Notes under the pieces: model-generated
Databases searched by the model: none
The model's input: only the letters and a program-made list of their open reading frames with translations
What the model was told of the DNA's origin: nothing
Position numbers and translations under genes: made by a program
Assembly: GCA_034670305.1 (NCBI GenBank)
Contig: JAXMNT010000039.1
Span: 1 to 64,000 of the forward strand
DNA length: 64,000 bases
Source of the DNA: Deltaproteobacteria bacterium
Lineage (GTDB): Bacteria; Myxococcota_A; Polyangia; Polyangiales; Houyiibacteriaceae
Direction: 5' to 3'
In this document: in pieces, positions 16,533 through 26,100 of the stretch
Layout of the letters: each line of letters starts with the position of its first letter
Position numbering within the stretch: position 1 is the first letter of the stretch

Positions 16533-17959
16533 CCCGCATCGCTTCGCGCACCCCCACCGTCACCGCGCTTCTCGACAGCGGCCCTGCGCATCTCGAGAAC
16601 GGCCCTGCGGCTCTCGAGGAGAACACTGCGACTCTCGAGGAGAACACTGCGACTCTCGAGGAGAACACTGCGACTCTCGAGGAGAACACTGCGACTCTCG
16701 AGAACAATACCGCGTGCTCGAGACACACCACGCTCCGCCGAACCGGGACCGCACTTCTGCTCGCGCTCTCGGTCCTCGTTCCGGCCACAGCCGGCTGCGC
16801 CGTTCAGGACGCCTACCTCCGCCACGACGACGAGATCCTCTCGCGGGTCGGCGTGCCGCGCCCAGGCACCGAACGCGCCGCCCGCATCCGCCAGGAAGGC
16901 ACCCACGTCAGCGTCGAAGCCATCCAGCTCTGCGACCGAGTCGAGCGGCTCGAGATCGAACGCACCCACGTCTTCTCGCGACGAAGCCGCAAACCCATGG
17001 TCCCCATCCTCGCCGCGATCGGGGGCGCCGCTGCTGTCGCCTTAGGCGCGTTCGCCATTGTTCGTGCCCCCAACCTGCCCGAGTCCCGCCCTGACCTCGA
17101 GACCGGTTGGACACGCAGCCAAGCGCGCGGGCTCGGAGGCCTGCTCGTCGGAGGCGGAGGCGTCCTCGCGCTTGGGACCGTTGGCCACGCCTTCCGGCTC
17201 GCGCGTGGCGAACGAACCACCGAGACCGTCACCGAAGCCGGCGAGGTCTTGCAAAGCGGCGTCGCCTGCCCCTCACCCATCCCATGGCAGGGCGCCGAGA
17301 TGCGCCTTGGCGCCATCAGCCTCGGCACCACGCCCAGCACCGGCCGCGCCGAGCTCGACCTCGACCTCGCCGTCCTCCCCCGCGACATCGCCGGCGCCCC
17401 ACCGAACGTCGACCTCCGCATCGACGGCCGCACCGTCGGCCAGGTCAACCTCGCCCCCATCCGCCACGTACATCAAGAGCGCGCCTGGCGCGACGCCGGA
17501 CAAGTCCGCTGCGCCGCCCCCGAGCGCCCCGACGACTGCGACGCGCTCAACGCCTACCTCATCCGCTACCCCGACGGCCCGCACGCCACCGAAGCCCGCC
17601 GCATCCTCGAGAGCGCCGCCGGCGCCCTCGTCGAAGCCGCCGCCCGCCGCCGCGCCGAAGCCGAAGAAGCCGCCGCCCGCCTCCGCCAAGCCGCCGCCGA
17701 GAGCATGGCCGCCCTCGAACGCCAACGCGCCGAATCCGAACGCCGCCTCCGAGAAGAAGAACGCGAACGAGCCCGCGCCGAGCGCGAACGAGAAAGAGAC
17801 AGAGCCCGTCACATCGCCGAACAAAGAGAAGCCGAACAACGCCACCGCCAAACAAGAGAAAGAACCCAAGCCCGCCGCGCATGCCACGCCACCTGCCGCC
17901 AAACCTGCGGAGGCAACCAAGCCTGCCAAACCGCCTGCCAAACCACCCAATGCCAGTAG
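16529..17959 (+). CDS. Putative lipoprotein/membrane protein with coiled coil and Cys-rich C-terminus
   Basis: ATGA overlap with the upstream gene; LEENTAT repeats; ATAGC lipobox; two TM segments; E/R-rich coiled coil; CHATCRQTCGGNQACQTACQTTQC. True start may lie downstream. Confidence 0.65.
   Translation: MTRIASRTPTVTALLDSGPAHLENGPAALEENTATLEENTATLEENTATLEENTATLENNTACSRHTTLRRTGTALLLALSVLVPATAGCAVQDAYLRHDDEILSRVGVPRPGTERAARIRQEGTHVSVEAIQLCDRVERLEIERTHVFSRRSRKPMVPILAAIGGAAAVALGAFAIVRAPNLPESRPDLETGWTRSQARGLGGLLVGGGGVLALGTVGHAFRLARGERTTETVTEAGEVLQSGVACPSPIPWQGAEMRLGAISLGTTPSTGRAELDLDLAVLPRDIAGAPPNVDLRIDGRTVGQVNLAPIRHVHQERAWRDAGQVRCAAPERPDDCDALNAYLIRYPDGPHATEARRILESAAGALVEAAARRRAEAEEAAARLRQAAAESMAALERQRAESERRLREEERERARAERERERDRARHIAEQREAEQRHRQTRERTQARRACHATCRQTCGGNQACQTACQTTQCQ
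16592..16717 (+). repeat. 21-bp in-frame tandem repeat (CTCGAGGAGAACACTGCGACT x4 exact plus 2 degenerate)
   Basis: Directly visible; encodes LEENTAT. Confidence 0.9.
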
Positions 17960-18070
17960 CCGCGCTCTAGACAGCGGGAGGGTGTCTGTCGATTCGTGAA
18001 GGACATCACGACTCGCGGTCGTACTCTCCCTTCGCAGGCGTCTTACCCCGCAGTAGCCCAAGAGAAAGCC

Positions 18071-19357
18071 ATGACCTGGTTCTTCACCGACCTCGACCCA
18101 CGCGCGAAGATCGCGGGGTCACGCGACCCGTTGGGTTTTCAGCAGCCGTGGACGGCGCTCGGGAGGGAGTTCGTCGCAACACTGACCACGGTCACCGTTT
18201 CGGTGCGCGGCTTCACGACCCTGATGCTTGGGCTCCACTTGGCAGACGAGCTGATTCGGGACGGCGAACCCGAAGAACATCGGGCTCGGTTCTTCCTCGA
18301 ATTCGAACAAGTCGCTGGATACGCGCGTCACCTGAGCCACGGAGTGTCGTCGCTCGGCACCCAACGGATCCGCAAGCGCCTCTCGCAGTCGAGTACCGTT
18401 CCGCTCGGCTTGGGGTCCGATGCCGCGATCCTCTCGGATCAACGCACCTACGGGCTCTGGGGCCTGTACTCCAGCTCAGCTCGGGCGAGTGGTCTCGTGG
18501 ACCGGAACGAGCAGCGTCCAACCAAACGTGCGCGTGACCACCTTCGCGAGGTTGTTCTGCCGCGCGCACATGCGGTCCATCCCAAGTTGTGGTCGGACCT
18601 TCTTCGGCTCATTCGACCGGAGAAGGGCGACCTCTACACGAAGGGGCGCCACCGCGACGTCGTCTCCTCGCTCGGAGAGGCGTTGTCACCCGAACTCCTG
18701 GAGACCGAGCGTGAGTTCTACCTCCAGACGCTCGTGGAAAACGACCTGGGCGACGACCCGACACACGGGCGTCAGCGCTTGCTCTGGCACCTCATGGAGG
18801 ACCTGAGCAAGGAGTTCCCTTGGGACAAGGGACCCACCCGTTCCGAAGTCGAGGAACTCGCCAAACGAGCTGCGGAGACGGACGAGGGGCTCGCGGACTC
18901 GCTCCAGGCGGTCCTCGTGCTCGACCCCTTCTTCGCCCTGGTCTCCAGGCTCTTCTCCTTGGCGCTCCAAGCGAGCGGCACACGCGCCGAAGTCATTGCG
19001 ACCATTCGGGGTCAGCGGGCCGCCTTCGGCGCGATCGATCCGGCCGCCCTCGAGAGCCGACGGTCGCGTTTGGGAGGAGACCAGGCGGACCGGCTCGTCG
19101 CTCTCGGGCACGCGCTTCGGGATGGGGACTTCGAACGCTCGCTCGATCTGATCCTGGAACAGAACAGCAGCGTGATGCGTGCTCGCGGCGGATCCGCGTG
19201 GGCCGAGTCGCGCGGTGATCGCATCGAGGTGCGACTGCGGTCCGAACCGTTGATCGCGCCGGCAGAAGCAGATGTGAACGCGGACCTCTTCTACCCCTAC
19301 TTCCTGTCGTCGCTGAAGACAGTGGGTGGTGCGGTTCGCACGGGCAAAGAGACATGA
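18071..19357 (+). CDS. Defence-associated hypothetical protein, first gene of the PLD-helicase module (ZacA/DUF6361-like, tentative)
   Basis: N-terminal SRDPLG...W...LTTVT and YGLWGLYSS motifs; ATGA-coupled to the PLD gene. Confidence 0.6.
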   Translation: MTWFFTDLDPRAKIAGSRDPLGFQQPWTALGREFVATLTTVTVSVRGFTTLMLGLHLADELIRDGEPEEHRARFFLEFEQVAGYARHLSHGVSSLGTQRIRKRLSQSSTVPLGLGSDAAILSDQRTYGLWGLYSSSARASGLVDRNEQRPTKRARDHLREVVLPRAHAVHPKLWSDLLRLIRPEKGDLYTKGRHRDVVSSLGEALSPELLETEREFYLQTLVENDLGDDPTHGRQRLLWHLMEDLSKEFPWDKGPTRSEVEELAKRAAETDEGLADSLQAVLVLDPFFALVSRLFSLALQASGTRAEVIATIRGQRAAFGAIDPAALESRRSRLGGDQADRLVALGHALRDGDFERSLDLILEQNSSVMRARGGSAWAESRGDRIEVRLRSEPLIAPAEADVNADLFYPYFLSSLKTVGGAVRTGKET

Positions 19358-21402
19358 GTGCGATTCCCACACAGGTCCTCTCCGACGCCTTCACCGAGGC
19401 GGTTGGTGCGTCGCGGGGGCGGGTCGTCGAGGCCGCGTTGTTCACGACGTTCTCGCTCCAACCAGACTTCTTCGAACAGGAGGTGCTGCCAACACTCTTC
19501 GATGCGCCGTTCTCCACCGCGCCCAACGTCAAACTGGTGCAGCTCGAGGAAGCGCTCCGGAAAGGCGCTCGCATTGCGGTCTTCTACGACGGGAACGCGC
19601 TCGAGACGACAGGGGTGGCGCCTGCACTCGACGTCGACCGAATCGCGATGGCGCGGGCACGCGGCTGCTTTCACCCGAAGCTCTCGCTCGTGCTGGTCCG
19701 CGAGGGAGACACACGCAGCCTCGTCATGCTCGTCTCCAGCGCGAACCTCACGCGGAGTGGCTGGTGGGACAACGTGGAGGTGAGCCACGCGTGCGAGATC
19801 CACCAGGCGACCAGTTCACACCACCGAGACCCACTACGGCAGGTCCTCGATACCTTGCGAGGCGAGACCCGCGCGAAGGGCTCGCACGTGCCCGCGCTCG
19901 AGGCGATCGACGGGTTTCTGAAGGATCAGGTGACGGCCTCCAGCCAGTGGTCCCGGACGGCGCCGCTTCATCCGCGACTGTTCGTCGGCGACGAGACCCT
20001 CCCGACCTTCATCCGCGATGCGCTGGGCAGTTCGACCGAAGACCTTCATCTCGAGATCGTGAGTCCCTACTTCGACCAATCGGATGCAGGCGCACTCAAG
20101 GCGCTGGTTGAACGACTGAAGCCTGCGTCGACCACCCTGTACCTGCCTCGCGACGACGCCGGGCGAGCCGACTGCCGGCCGGAGTTGTACGACGCGGTAC
20201 TCGCGCTCGGCTGTCGGTGGGGCAAGTGGGTCACCGACATTCGGCGTCGCTCCAGTCAGCAGAGCGAGCGAATGACGGAGCGCTTCGTTCACGCCAAGGT
20301 CTACCGCTTTTGGTCCAAGAGTCCTCGGCGTGAGGTCGTGGTGCTCGGCTCGGCCAACCTCACCCGAGCCGCGCACGCCAAGGGCATCGCGGGGAACGTC
20401 GAAGCGAGCGTGCTCCTCGAGACCGCGAACCCTTCGAAGTTGAGCTCGTGGTTTGAAGTCGACGAGAAGCGTCCGCTCGAGTTCGTCGAAGAGCCCGATG
20501 CCGAAGACGACGTGGCATCGGGGCTCCCCGTCGCACCGATCGACATTCGCTACTCCTGGGCGACAGGACGAGCCGCACTGCACTGGAGTGGGGACCCACC
20601 AACCGGCCAAGTCGAACTTCGCATGCTCGGCTCGTCCCTTGGAGCTGAGTTCGACGTCGATGAGGGCTGGAACGATCTGCCTTCGGAGGTCGCTGCCAAA
20701 CTCGAGCCGCCGCTCAAGCGCACGTCTTTCGTGAGTCCGTTCCTGATAGACAGCACGGGTGAAGCCAAGGAGCACCAAGCCGTCCTCGTCCGCGAAGAGG
20801 ACATGGCGCACAAGCCTTCGCTTCTGTTCGAGTTGAGCCCTGAAGACATCCTTCGCTACTGGTCCTTGCTCTCGGAGGATCAACGCAACGCGTTCATCGA
20901 AAACGAAGGCCACTCGGAGCTCGTCAACGTCGGGCTGGCCGCGGCGCGGGCGCGGTTGGAGGGTTCGGGTGAGAACTTCTTCACGCGTTTCGCCGGGATC
21001 TTCCACGCCTTCGAACGCCTCGAAACGGGCATCCGGAGCGCGTTGTCGGCTGAGAACTGGAAGGACGCGGAGTACCAGCTGTTCGGCAAGAAGTACTACT
21101 CCCTCCCCAACCTCCTCTCGAAGCTGCTCAAGGAGGAAGGGGGTTGGGACTGGGTCGAGCGCTACCTCGCCTTGCTCACCGCCCGAGACATGACGGCGCG
21201 CCTTCGCCGCGACCATCCCGCGTTCTGGAGCGACCACGAACGAGACGCTGCCCAACTGGATCTGCAGCTCGAAAAGGGAGACGCACTTTCCAAGAAGCTC
21301 GGCCTGGGTGACGACCAAGACGGGCGAGCCTTCCTCACCTGGTTTGAAGCTCAGTTCAGGAGCGACTTGCCAGCGGATGGCGCATCGGATGACGCATCGT
21401 GA
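19354..21402 (+). CDS. Phospholipase D-superfamily nuclease with two HxK motifs
   Basis: TTFSL, FHPKL...SSANLT, VSPYFD, VHAKVY...GSANLT...NVEA. Confidence 0.85.
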   Translation: MSAIPTQVLSDAFTEAVGASRGRVVEAALFTTFSLQPDFFEQEVLPTLFDAPFSTAPNVKLVQLEEALRKGARIAVFYDGNALETTGVAPALDVDRIAMARARGCFHPKLSLVLVREGDTRSLVMLVSSANLTRSGWWDNVEVSHACEIHQATSSHHRDPLRQVLDTLRGETRAKGSHVPALEAIDGFLKDQVTASSQWSRTAPLHPRLFVGDETLPTFIRDALGSSTEDLHLEIVSPYFDQSDAGALKALVERLKPASTTLYLPRDDAGRADCRPELYDAVLALGCRWGKWVTDIRRRSSQQSERMTERFVHAKVYRFWSKSPRREVVVLGSANLTRAAHAKGIAGNVEASVLLETANPSKLSSWFEVDEKRPLEFVEEPDAEDDVASGLPVAPIDIRYSWATGRAALHWSGDPPTGQVELRMLGSSLGAEFDVDEGWNDLPSEVAAKLEPPLKRTSFVSPFLIDSTGEAKEHQAVLVREEDMAHKPSLLFELSPEDILRYWSLLSEDQRNAFIENEGHSELVNVGLAAARARLEGSGENFFTRFAGIFHAFERLETGIRSALSAENWKDAEYQLFGKKYYSLPNLLSKLLKEEGGWDWVERYLALLTARDMTARLRRDHPAFWSDHERDAAQLDLQLEKGDALSKKLGLGDDQDGRAFLTWFEAQFRSDLPADGASDDAS

Positions 21403-24400
21403 GGACGATCGAGCGCCTGGATCTTGAGACCGTCCGCAAGTTGATCGACTTTGGTGGAGGCCGCGTGTCTCGCGCGGTCGCACGCGACCAGGAGATGGGT
21501 GCGACCGCCATCCACAACATCCTGGTCGACCGAGCTCATGCGTACTTGGCCGACGAGGTCGGGATGGGGAAGACCTACGTCGCGCTCGGCGTGGTCGGTC
21601 TGCTGCGGTTCTTTCATCCAGGGATTCGCGTCCTCGTCATCACCCCCCGCCACAACATCCAGGCGAAGTGGGGGCGCGAGCTGCGCAACTTCGTCCGGAA
21701 CAACTGGCGCAGCAGCGACCAACGCGTCCGAGGCTTCGATGGGCAGCCTGCCGTCCCGGTCATTCAACCGGGCTCGCTGCTCGAGTGGGCGCGCCAGTGT
21801 GTGGTCGATCCCGAGCGCGACGTCGTGCTCCGGATGAGTTCGTTCGGCTGGGCGCTCCAGAACGACGGCGGCCCATCGGGCACGTGGCGTGAGCAACGTG
21901 AGCGAATCGAACGACTGGCGCCGGTGCTGAGGGGCCATTTCGTCGACCCTACCGACCGCGACAAATCCAGGTTCAAGGCGCGGGCCGCGCTGGCGGTGAA
22001 TGCACTGCTTCCTCACTACGACCTCGTCGTCATCGACGAGAGCCATCACTTCAAACACGGACGCGCATCGCAAAGCGCCCGCAACCGGATGCTCGCCATC
22101 ACGCTTGGTGCGCACCCGCCGCGCGACGTCGGTGTAGACATCGAGCCGGGGCCGCTCTTCGAGCGTCGCTTTGACCGGCTTCTGTGCCTCTCGGCAACGC
22201 CGGTGGAGGAGGACTTTCGCCAGCTCTTCAACCAGTTGGATCTTCTGGGCTTGGCCGGCCCGTCGGCGGACCTCAGACCACTCGACGATCCCAAGGCATC
22301 CGACGCTGACAAGCGGACTCTCGCAAGGCGCTTCCTGGTCCGCCGCCTGACGACGCTTGCCGTCGACGGGGGATCCTGGACCCGCAACATGTACCGCCGT
22401 GAGTGGCGCGAAGGCGGCATGGCGCGCTTCGATGAGCCCATGAAGATTCCCGGGGTTCGTCAACGCCTCATCGTCGCGCTGGTCCAGCGAAAGCTCGCCA
22501 CGCTGCTGAATCGTGAGACCTCGGGCCGGCGGTTTCAGATCGGAATGCTCGCTTCGTTCGAGAGCTTCGAGGAGAGCGCGCGGCCAGTTTCCGCAGAGAC
22601 CGCCGACTCGGCGTTTGACGACGCGGATCAAACCGAAGATGTCGAACAGCGTCGGGGTGTCGACCGCGCGCTCGTCGCAGAGATCGCGGACTCGTACCGG
22701 AAGACGTTCGGCGCGTCGCTGCCACATCCGAAAATGGATGCTGTCGTGGCCAGTCTCTCGAACGCGTTCGCAGAATCCAACAAAGCGCTCGTGTTCGTAC
22801 GTCGGGTGAAGTCCGTTCCTGAGTTGGTCTTCAAGCTGGGAGACGGGTACGACGCTTGGCTCCAGGGGTACCTCGAAGCGCTCCTTCCGCCTTCGCTCCA
22901 CGGCGCAATGCGCAAGGTCTGGGCGGCGTACCACGCGGAGCGGCGCGAGAAGCTCCACGCCGGCGGTCTCAACGACGAAGCCTCCGACCAGGCCAACGAT
23001 ACGTTCTTCGCATGGTTCTTCCAGTCTCAGACCCATCGCGGCGACCTCTTGACCGGCACCAAGTTCCGCGAGAACCGGTTGATGGAATCGAGTTCGACGT
23101 ACTCGACGCTTTTCGAAGACGACTACCTCGGAGCCATGTTCGGCTTCCCCGCGAACCTCCTCGACACCCTCGCGTCTGAAGTCGGGCGCCCGAGCGAAAC
23201 GGTCCGTGAGCAGCTTCTCGCCGAAGCGTCGCACCGCCTGGCACGGTGGTCGAAGCCGGGCCGCCTGCACAACCATCACGCGGTGCAGGAAGCCGGGCTG
23301 CGTTTGCTCGCGAAGTCGAAGAGTCCGCGGGCAGATGAAGCCCGCACGATGGCCAGCGACTTGTATGGTCCGCCGCCCAGCCGGTTGCGGGTGCCGCGCG
23401 TCGTGGCGATCGACGTGGACGCGTACCTCGGCGCCACGACCTTCTTCACGGAGCTCCGCAAGCGGCCCGCGTTGCAACGCGCACTGTGGCCGGTCGAAGA
23501 CGCGTGGGCCGGCCGAACAGCCTTCCGTTCCCGAGAGTTGCGGCGGGAGTTGCTCGCGGCGACCGTCCGCCTTGGCCACTCCATGGTCGATCTGTATGCG
23601 TTGGCCGTCGCGGACGCAGGCACGCTCGAGATGGGGGGCTCACGTCTGCAGGACGATCGAAGTGCACGGCTCATCACCGCATTCCTCGACCGACTGGAGT
23701 CACTCCGAGGTGTCGAGGGCCTGCACGCCTACTCCGAGATGAGCTCGGTCGGGCGTCACCACGAGCACATTCTTGCTGTGAACTTCTCCGATGCGCGTGA
23801 GGTGCCGCTGAGCGAACTGCGCACGTACTTCGGTACGGCGCTCGGCAACCAAGTGCCCATCGCCGGGATGCACGGGCGCGCCACGGAGCGCGCCGTTCGC
23901 CACTTCCGCATGCCGGGCTACCCGATGGTTCTCGTCAGCACCGATGTGCTCCAAGAGGGCGAAGACCTCCACAGCTTCTGTTCCCGCATCGTCCACTACG
24001 GGGTGAGCTGGACACCATCATCGATGGAGCAGCGCACCGGCCGAATCGACCGAATCGGCTCTCAGGTACATCGACGCCTCGAGGGCGGGGAGGGAACCCC
24101 GAGTGACGACGCGCTCCTGCAGGTCCACTTTCCCCACCTTCGAGAAACGGTCGAGCGTGAACAAGTCCGGGTCGTTCTCGAACGCATGAACCGGTTCATG
24201 GAACTCATGCATACAGGTTTGGCTGCGGAGTCCCACGACCCAACTGTGGACGTGGCAGCAGAAGCTCTCCGTCGACCCCCTTTGGTGGGCTCCGTCCGCG
24301 CACAGCTCTCGACGGCGTTCCCCGTGACCGACGACATGCTCCAGGCGAGCTTGGACGATCGGTCCGTCGACACTGAGATCAATGCCGCTCAGTCTGTAGG

Positions 24401-25322
24401 TGAGGCGCTCCAAGCGCTCTTTGGAAAGGTGGTCGCGACGCTTCGGGGCATCGACTGGGATCCGATGGACGAGGAGTTCCGAGCGACCGGCCGTGCCGCG
24501 TTCGACTTCGGGTCGCTGGGGCCTAACGGCAAGCGGCCGTTCTCAGTGTTCTTGTCCCCCAACCCCGGCGGTCGCGAGACACTCTTGGTGGCCACGTGCG
24601 AGGTGCGATCCGTGTCCGACGACCCCACCGAAGTGCGACGGATGGAAGACCTCCAGCGCAGGCTCCCCCACGCCCGACTCTGCCTCGCGCCCGCGCGATC
24701 GGCACGCGAGCACCGTCTCGTCGCCGAGTCCGCGATTCTCTTCGACCCAGCTGTGACGCAGGCGGTCGAAGTACGGGACCTGATCGACAGCGTGGTTCGA
24801 AGTGCGGAACTCGCAGACGCGGAGTGGGACGGCGCAGCCTTCGACACCACCGTGGGCGGACGAGATCACAAAGGCACGAAATCGAAGGACGTCGACCTCA
24901 CGGCATTGGTCGACAGCTTCCGTGCACAGCCCACCTGCTCCATCCAACTCTGCGACAGAACGACGTTCCGCGTGCACTTCGCATCCGCCCAGCCGCTGGG
25001 CTCGGATGAGAGCGGTTGGGGTCGCTCGCAGGTCGTCCGCTACGAACTCGCGGAGGGGTTCCTTCTCCTCTCCAGCACAGCTTGCGCCCAAGCCACTCTT
25101 GAGGCGCGCTGGTCGAGCCACCGGCTTGGGCGTCGACTCCTCGAGTGGAACCGGAACTCCGGCACGGCCGCCTTCCGTGTCAGCCACGAACAGAACATCG
25201 AAGCATGGTCGGCCCACCGGCTAGAGACCCTGCAGCCCGTCGAACTCCAGCACTACATCGTCTCCGTCGCCCGCGCCGCAGACCGAGCAGAGTTCGTCCT
25301 GACCGGTGAGGACCGGTTCTAG
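21399..25322 (+). CDS. SF2 (SNF2-like) helicase with C-terminal YbjN/T3SS-chaperone-like domains
   Basis: LADEVGMGKT, VIDESH, LSATP, STDVLQEGEDL, EQRTGRIDR; GTGA overlap with the PLD gene. Confidence 0.85.
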   Translation: MRTIERLDLETVRKLIDFGGGRVSRAVARDQEMGATAIHNILVDRAHAYLADEVGMGKTYVALGVVGLLRFFHPGIRVLVITPRHNIQAKWGRELRNFVRNNWRSSDQRVRGFDGQPAVPVIQPGSLLEWARQCVVDPERDVVLRMSSFGWALQNDGGPSGTWREQRERIERLAPVLRGHFVDPTDRDKSRFKARAALAVNALLPHYDLVVIDESHHFKHGRASQSARNRMLAITLGAHPPRDVGVDIEPGPLFERRFDRLLCLSATPVEEDFRQLFNQLDLLGLAGPSADLRPLDDPKASDADKRTLARRFLVRRLTTLAVDGGSWTRNMYRREWREGGMARFDEPMKIPGVRQRLIVALVQRKLATLLNRETSGRRFQIGMLASFESFEESARPVSAETADSAFDDADQTEDVEQRRGVDRALVAEIADSYRKTFGASLPHPKMDAVVASLSNAFAESNKALVFVRRVKSVPELVFKLGDGYDAWLQGYLEALLPPSLHGAMRKVWAAYHAERREKLHAGGLNDEASDQANDTFFAWFFQSQTHRGDLLTGTKFRENRLMESSSTYSTLFEDDYLGAMFGFPANLLDTLASEVGRPSETVREQLLAEASHRLARWSKPGRLHNHHAVQEAGLRLLAKSKSPRADEARTMASDLYGPPPSRLRVPRVVAIDVDAYLGATTFFTELRKRPALQRALWPVEDAWAGRTAFRSRELRRELLAATVRLGHSMVDLYALAVADAGTLEMGGSRLQDDRSARLITAFLDRLESLRGVEGLHAYSEMSSVGRHHEHILAVNFSDAREVPLSELRTYFGTALGNQVPIAGMHGRATERAVRHFRMPGYPMVLVSTDVLQEGEDLHSFCSRIVHYGVSWTPSSMEQRTGRIDRIGSQVHRRLEGGEGTPSDDALLQVHFPHLRETVEREQVRVVLERMNRFMELMHTGLAAESHDPTVDVAAEALRRPPLVGSVRAQLSTAFPVTDDMLQASLDDRSVDTEINAAQSVGEALQALFGKVVATLRGIDWDPMDEEFRATGRAAFDFGSLGPNGKRPFSVFLSPNPGGRETLLVATCEVRSVSDDPTEVRRMEDLQRRLPHARLCLAPARSAREHRLVAESAILFDPAVTQAVEVRDLIDSVVRSAELADAEWDGAAFDTTVGGRDHKGTKSKDVDLTALVDSFRAQPTCSIQLCDRTTFRVHFASAQPLGSDESGWGRSQVVRYELAEGFLLLSSTACAQATLEARWSSHRLGRRLLEWNRNSGTAAFRVSHEQNIEAWSAHRLETLQPVELQHYIVSVARAADRAEFVLTGEDRF

Positions 25323-25336
25323 ACATCTCGGTCGGC

Positions 25337-25792
25337 GTGGGGGAGAAGCCCGAGCAGGTCGCCATCCTCTGGGATGGCCGGCGCGCCGTTTCGCTCGACC
25401 AAGGCTCCCGTACGTTGACCGAGCTGAGTCTCGAGCCGTTCGAGCGTGTCCAAGGCATTGCGCTCGACCACGCACCGGGCGAGGTCGTCGTCTCTCCGAA
25501 CGGATTCGCCGCGGTCGTGCTCACTGGCCGATTTCGCGGTACTGGGAACGGTGTCGTCGTGGTTGCGGGAGATCCGCTCCGAGTCGTCGCGCAAGGACCA
25601 ACGGGACGCGCCCCCTACTCGATCGCCATCAACGGCACCGGGAGCATGCTTGCGACGGCCGACAGCGGCGGCGGGACCGCGACGTTCTTCGAGGTCATCG
25701 CCCGTCCCCGTGAGCAAACCGAAGGACCGGACGAGACCGGTTTCGATGACTCGATCGATAAGCCGGAGGACGACGAAGAAGACGGGGAGTAG
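25337..25792 (+). pseudogene. Probable truncated beta-propeller fragment with acidic tail
   Basis: VVVSPNG and SIAINGTGSMLATAD WD40-like blades only; no convincing start or RBS. Confidence 0.35.
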
Positions 25793-26100
25793 TCCCGTCC
25801 CACATCGCGGAAGTGATCATTGGCTCTCTGCGAGGTGCCCATCCACTTGCCGCCAAACCTGCGGAACCAACCAAGCCCGCCGACCGCGGCCGACCATGAC
25901 CCGCCATTCCCCGATCTTACGGAACAGACCAAGATGCCGAGCGCAGCGCCTTGTCCCCTTGTTGTGTCGGAAAGCGATCGCATCAACGGAGCCGACTGTG
26001 GCCAAACGTCTACCCAGACAGAGCCGAGTTAAAACACCGAACAGGCCTGACGTGATTCACGTTGAACCCGTCTTCGTTCCGCAGGTAGTCTCTCCGGTCC

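Noticed and set aside
16592-16717. Possible CRISPR array
   Set aside because: Contiguous 21-bp units with no unique spacers; in-frame repeat; no cas genes.
18027-18052. Sixth ECF motif upstream of the PLD-helicase module
   Set aside because: GTCGT-N16-CGTC mismatches both the -35 sequence and the spacing of the five clean copies.
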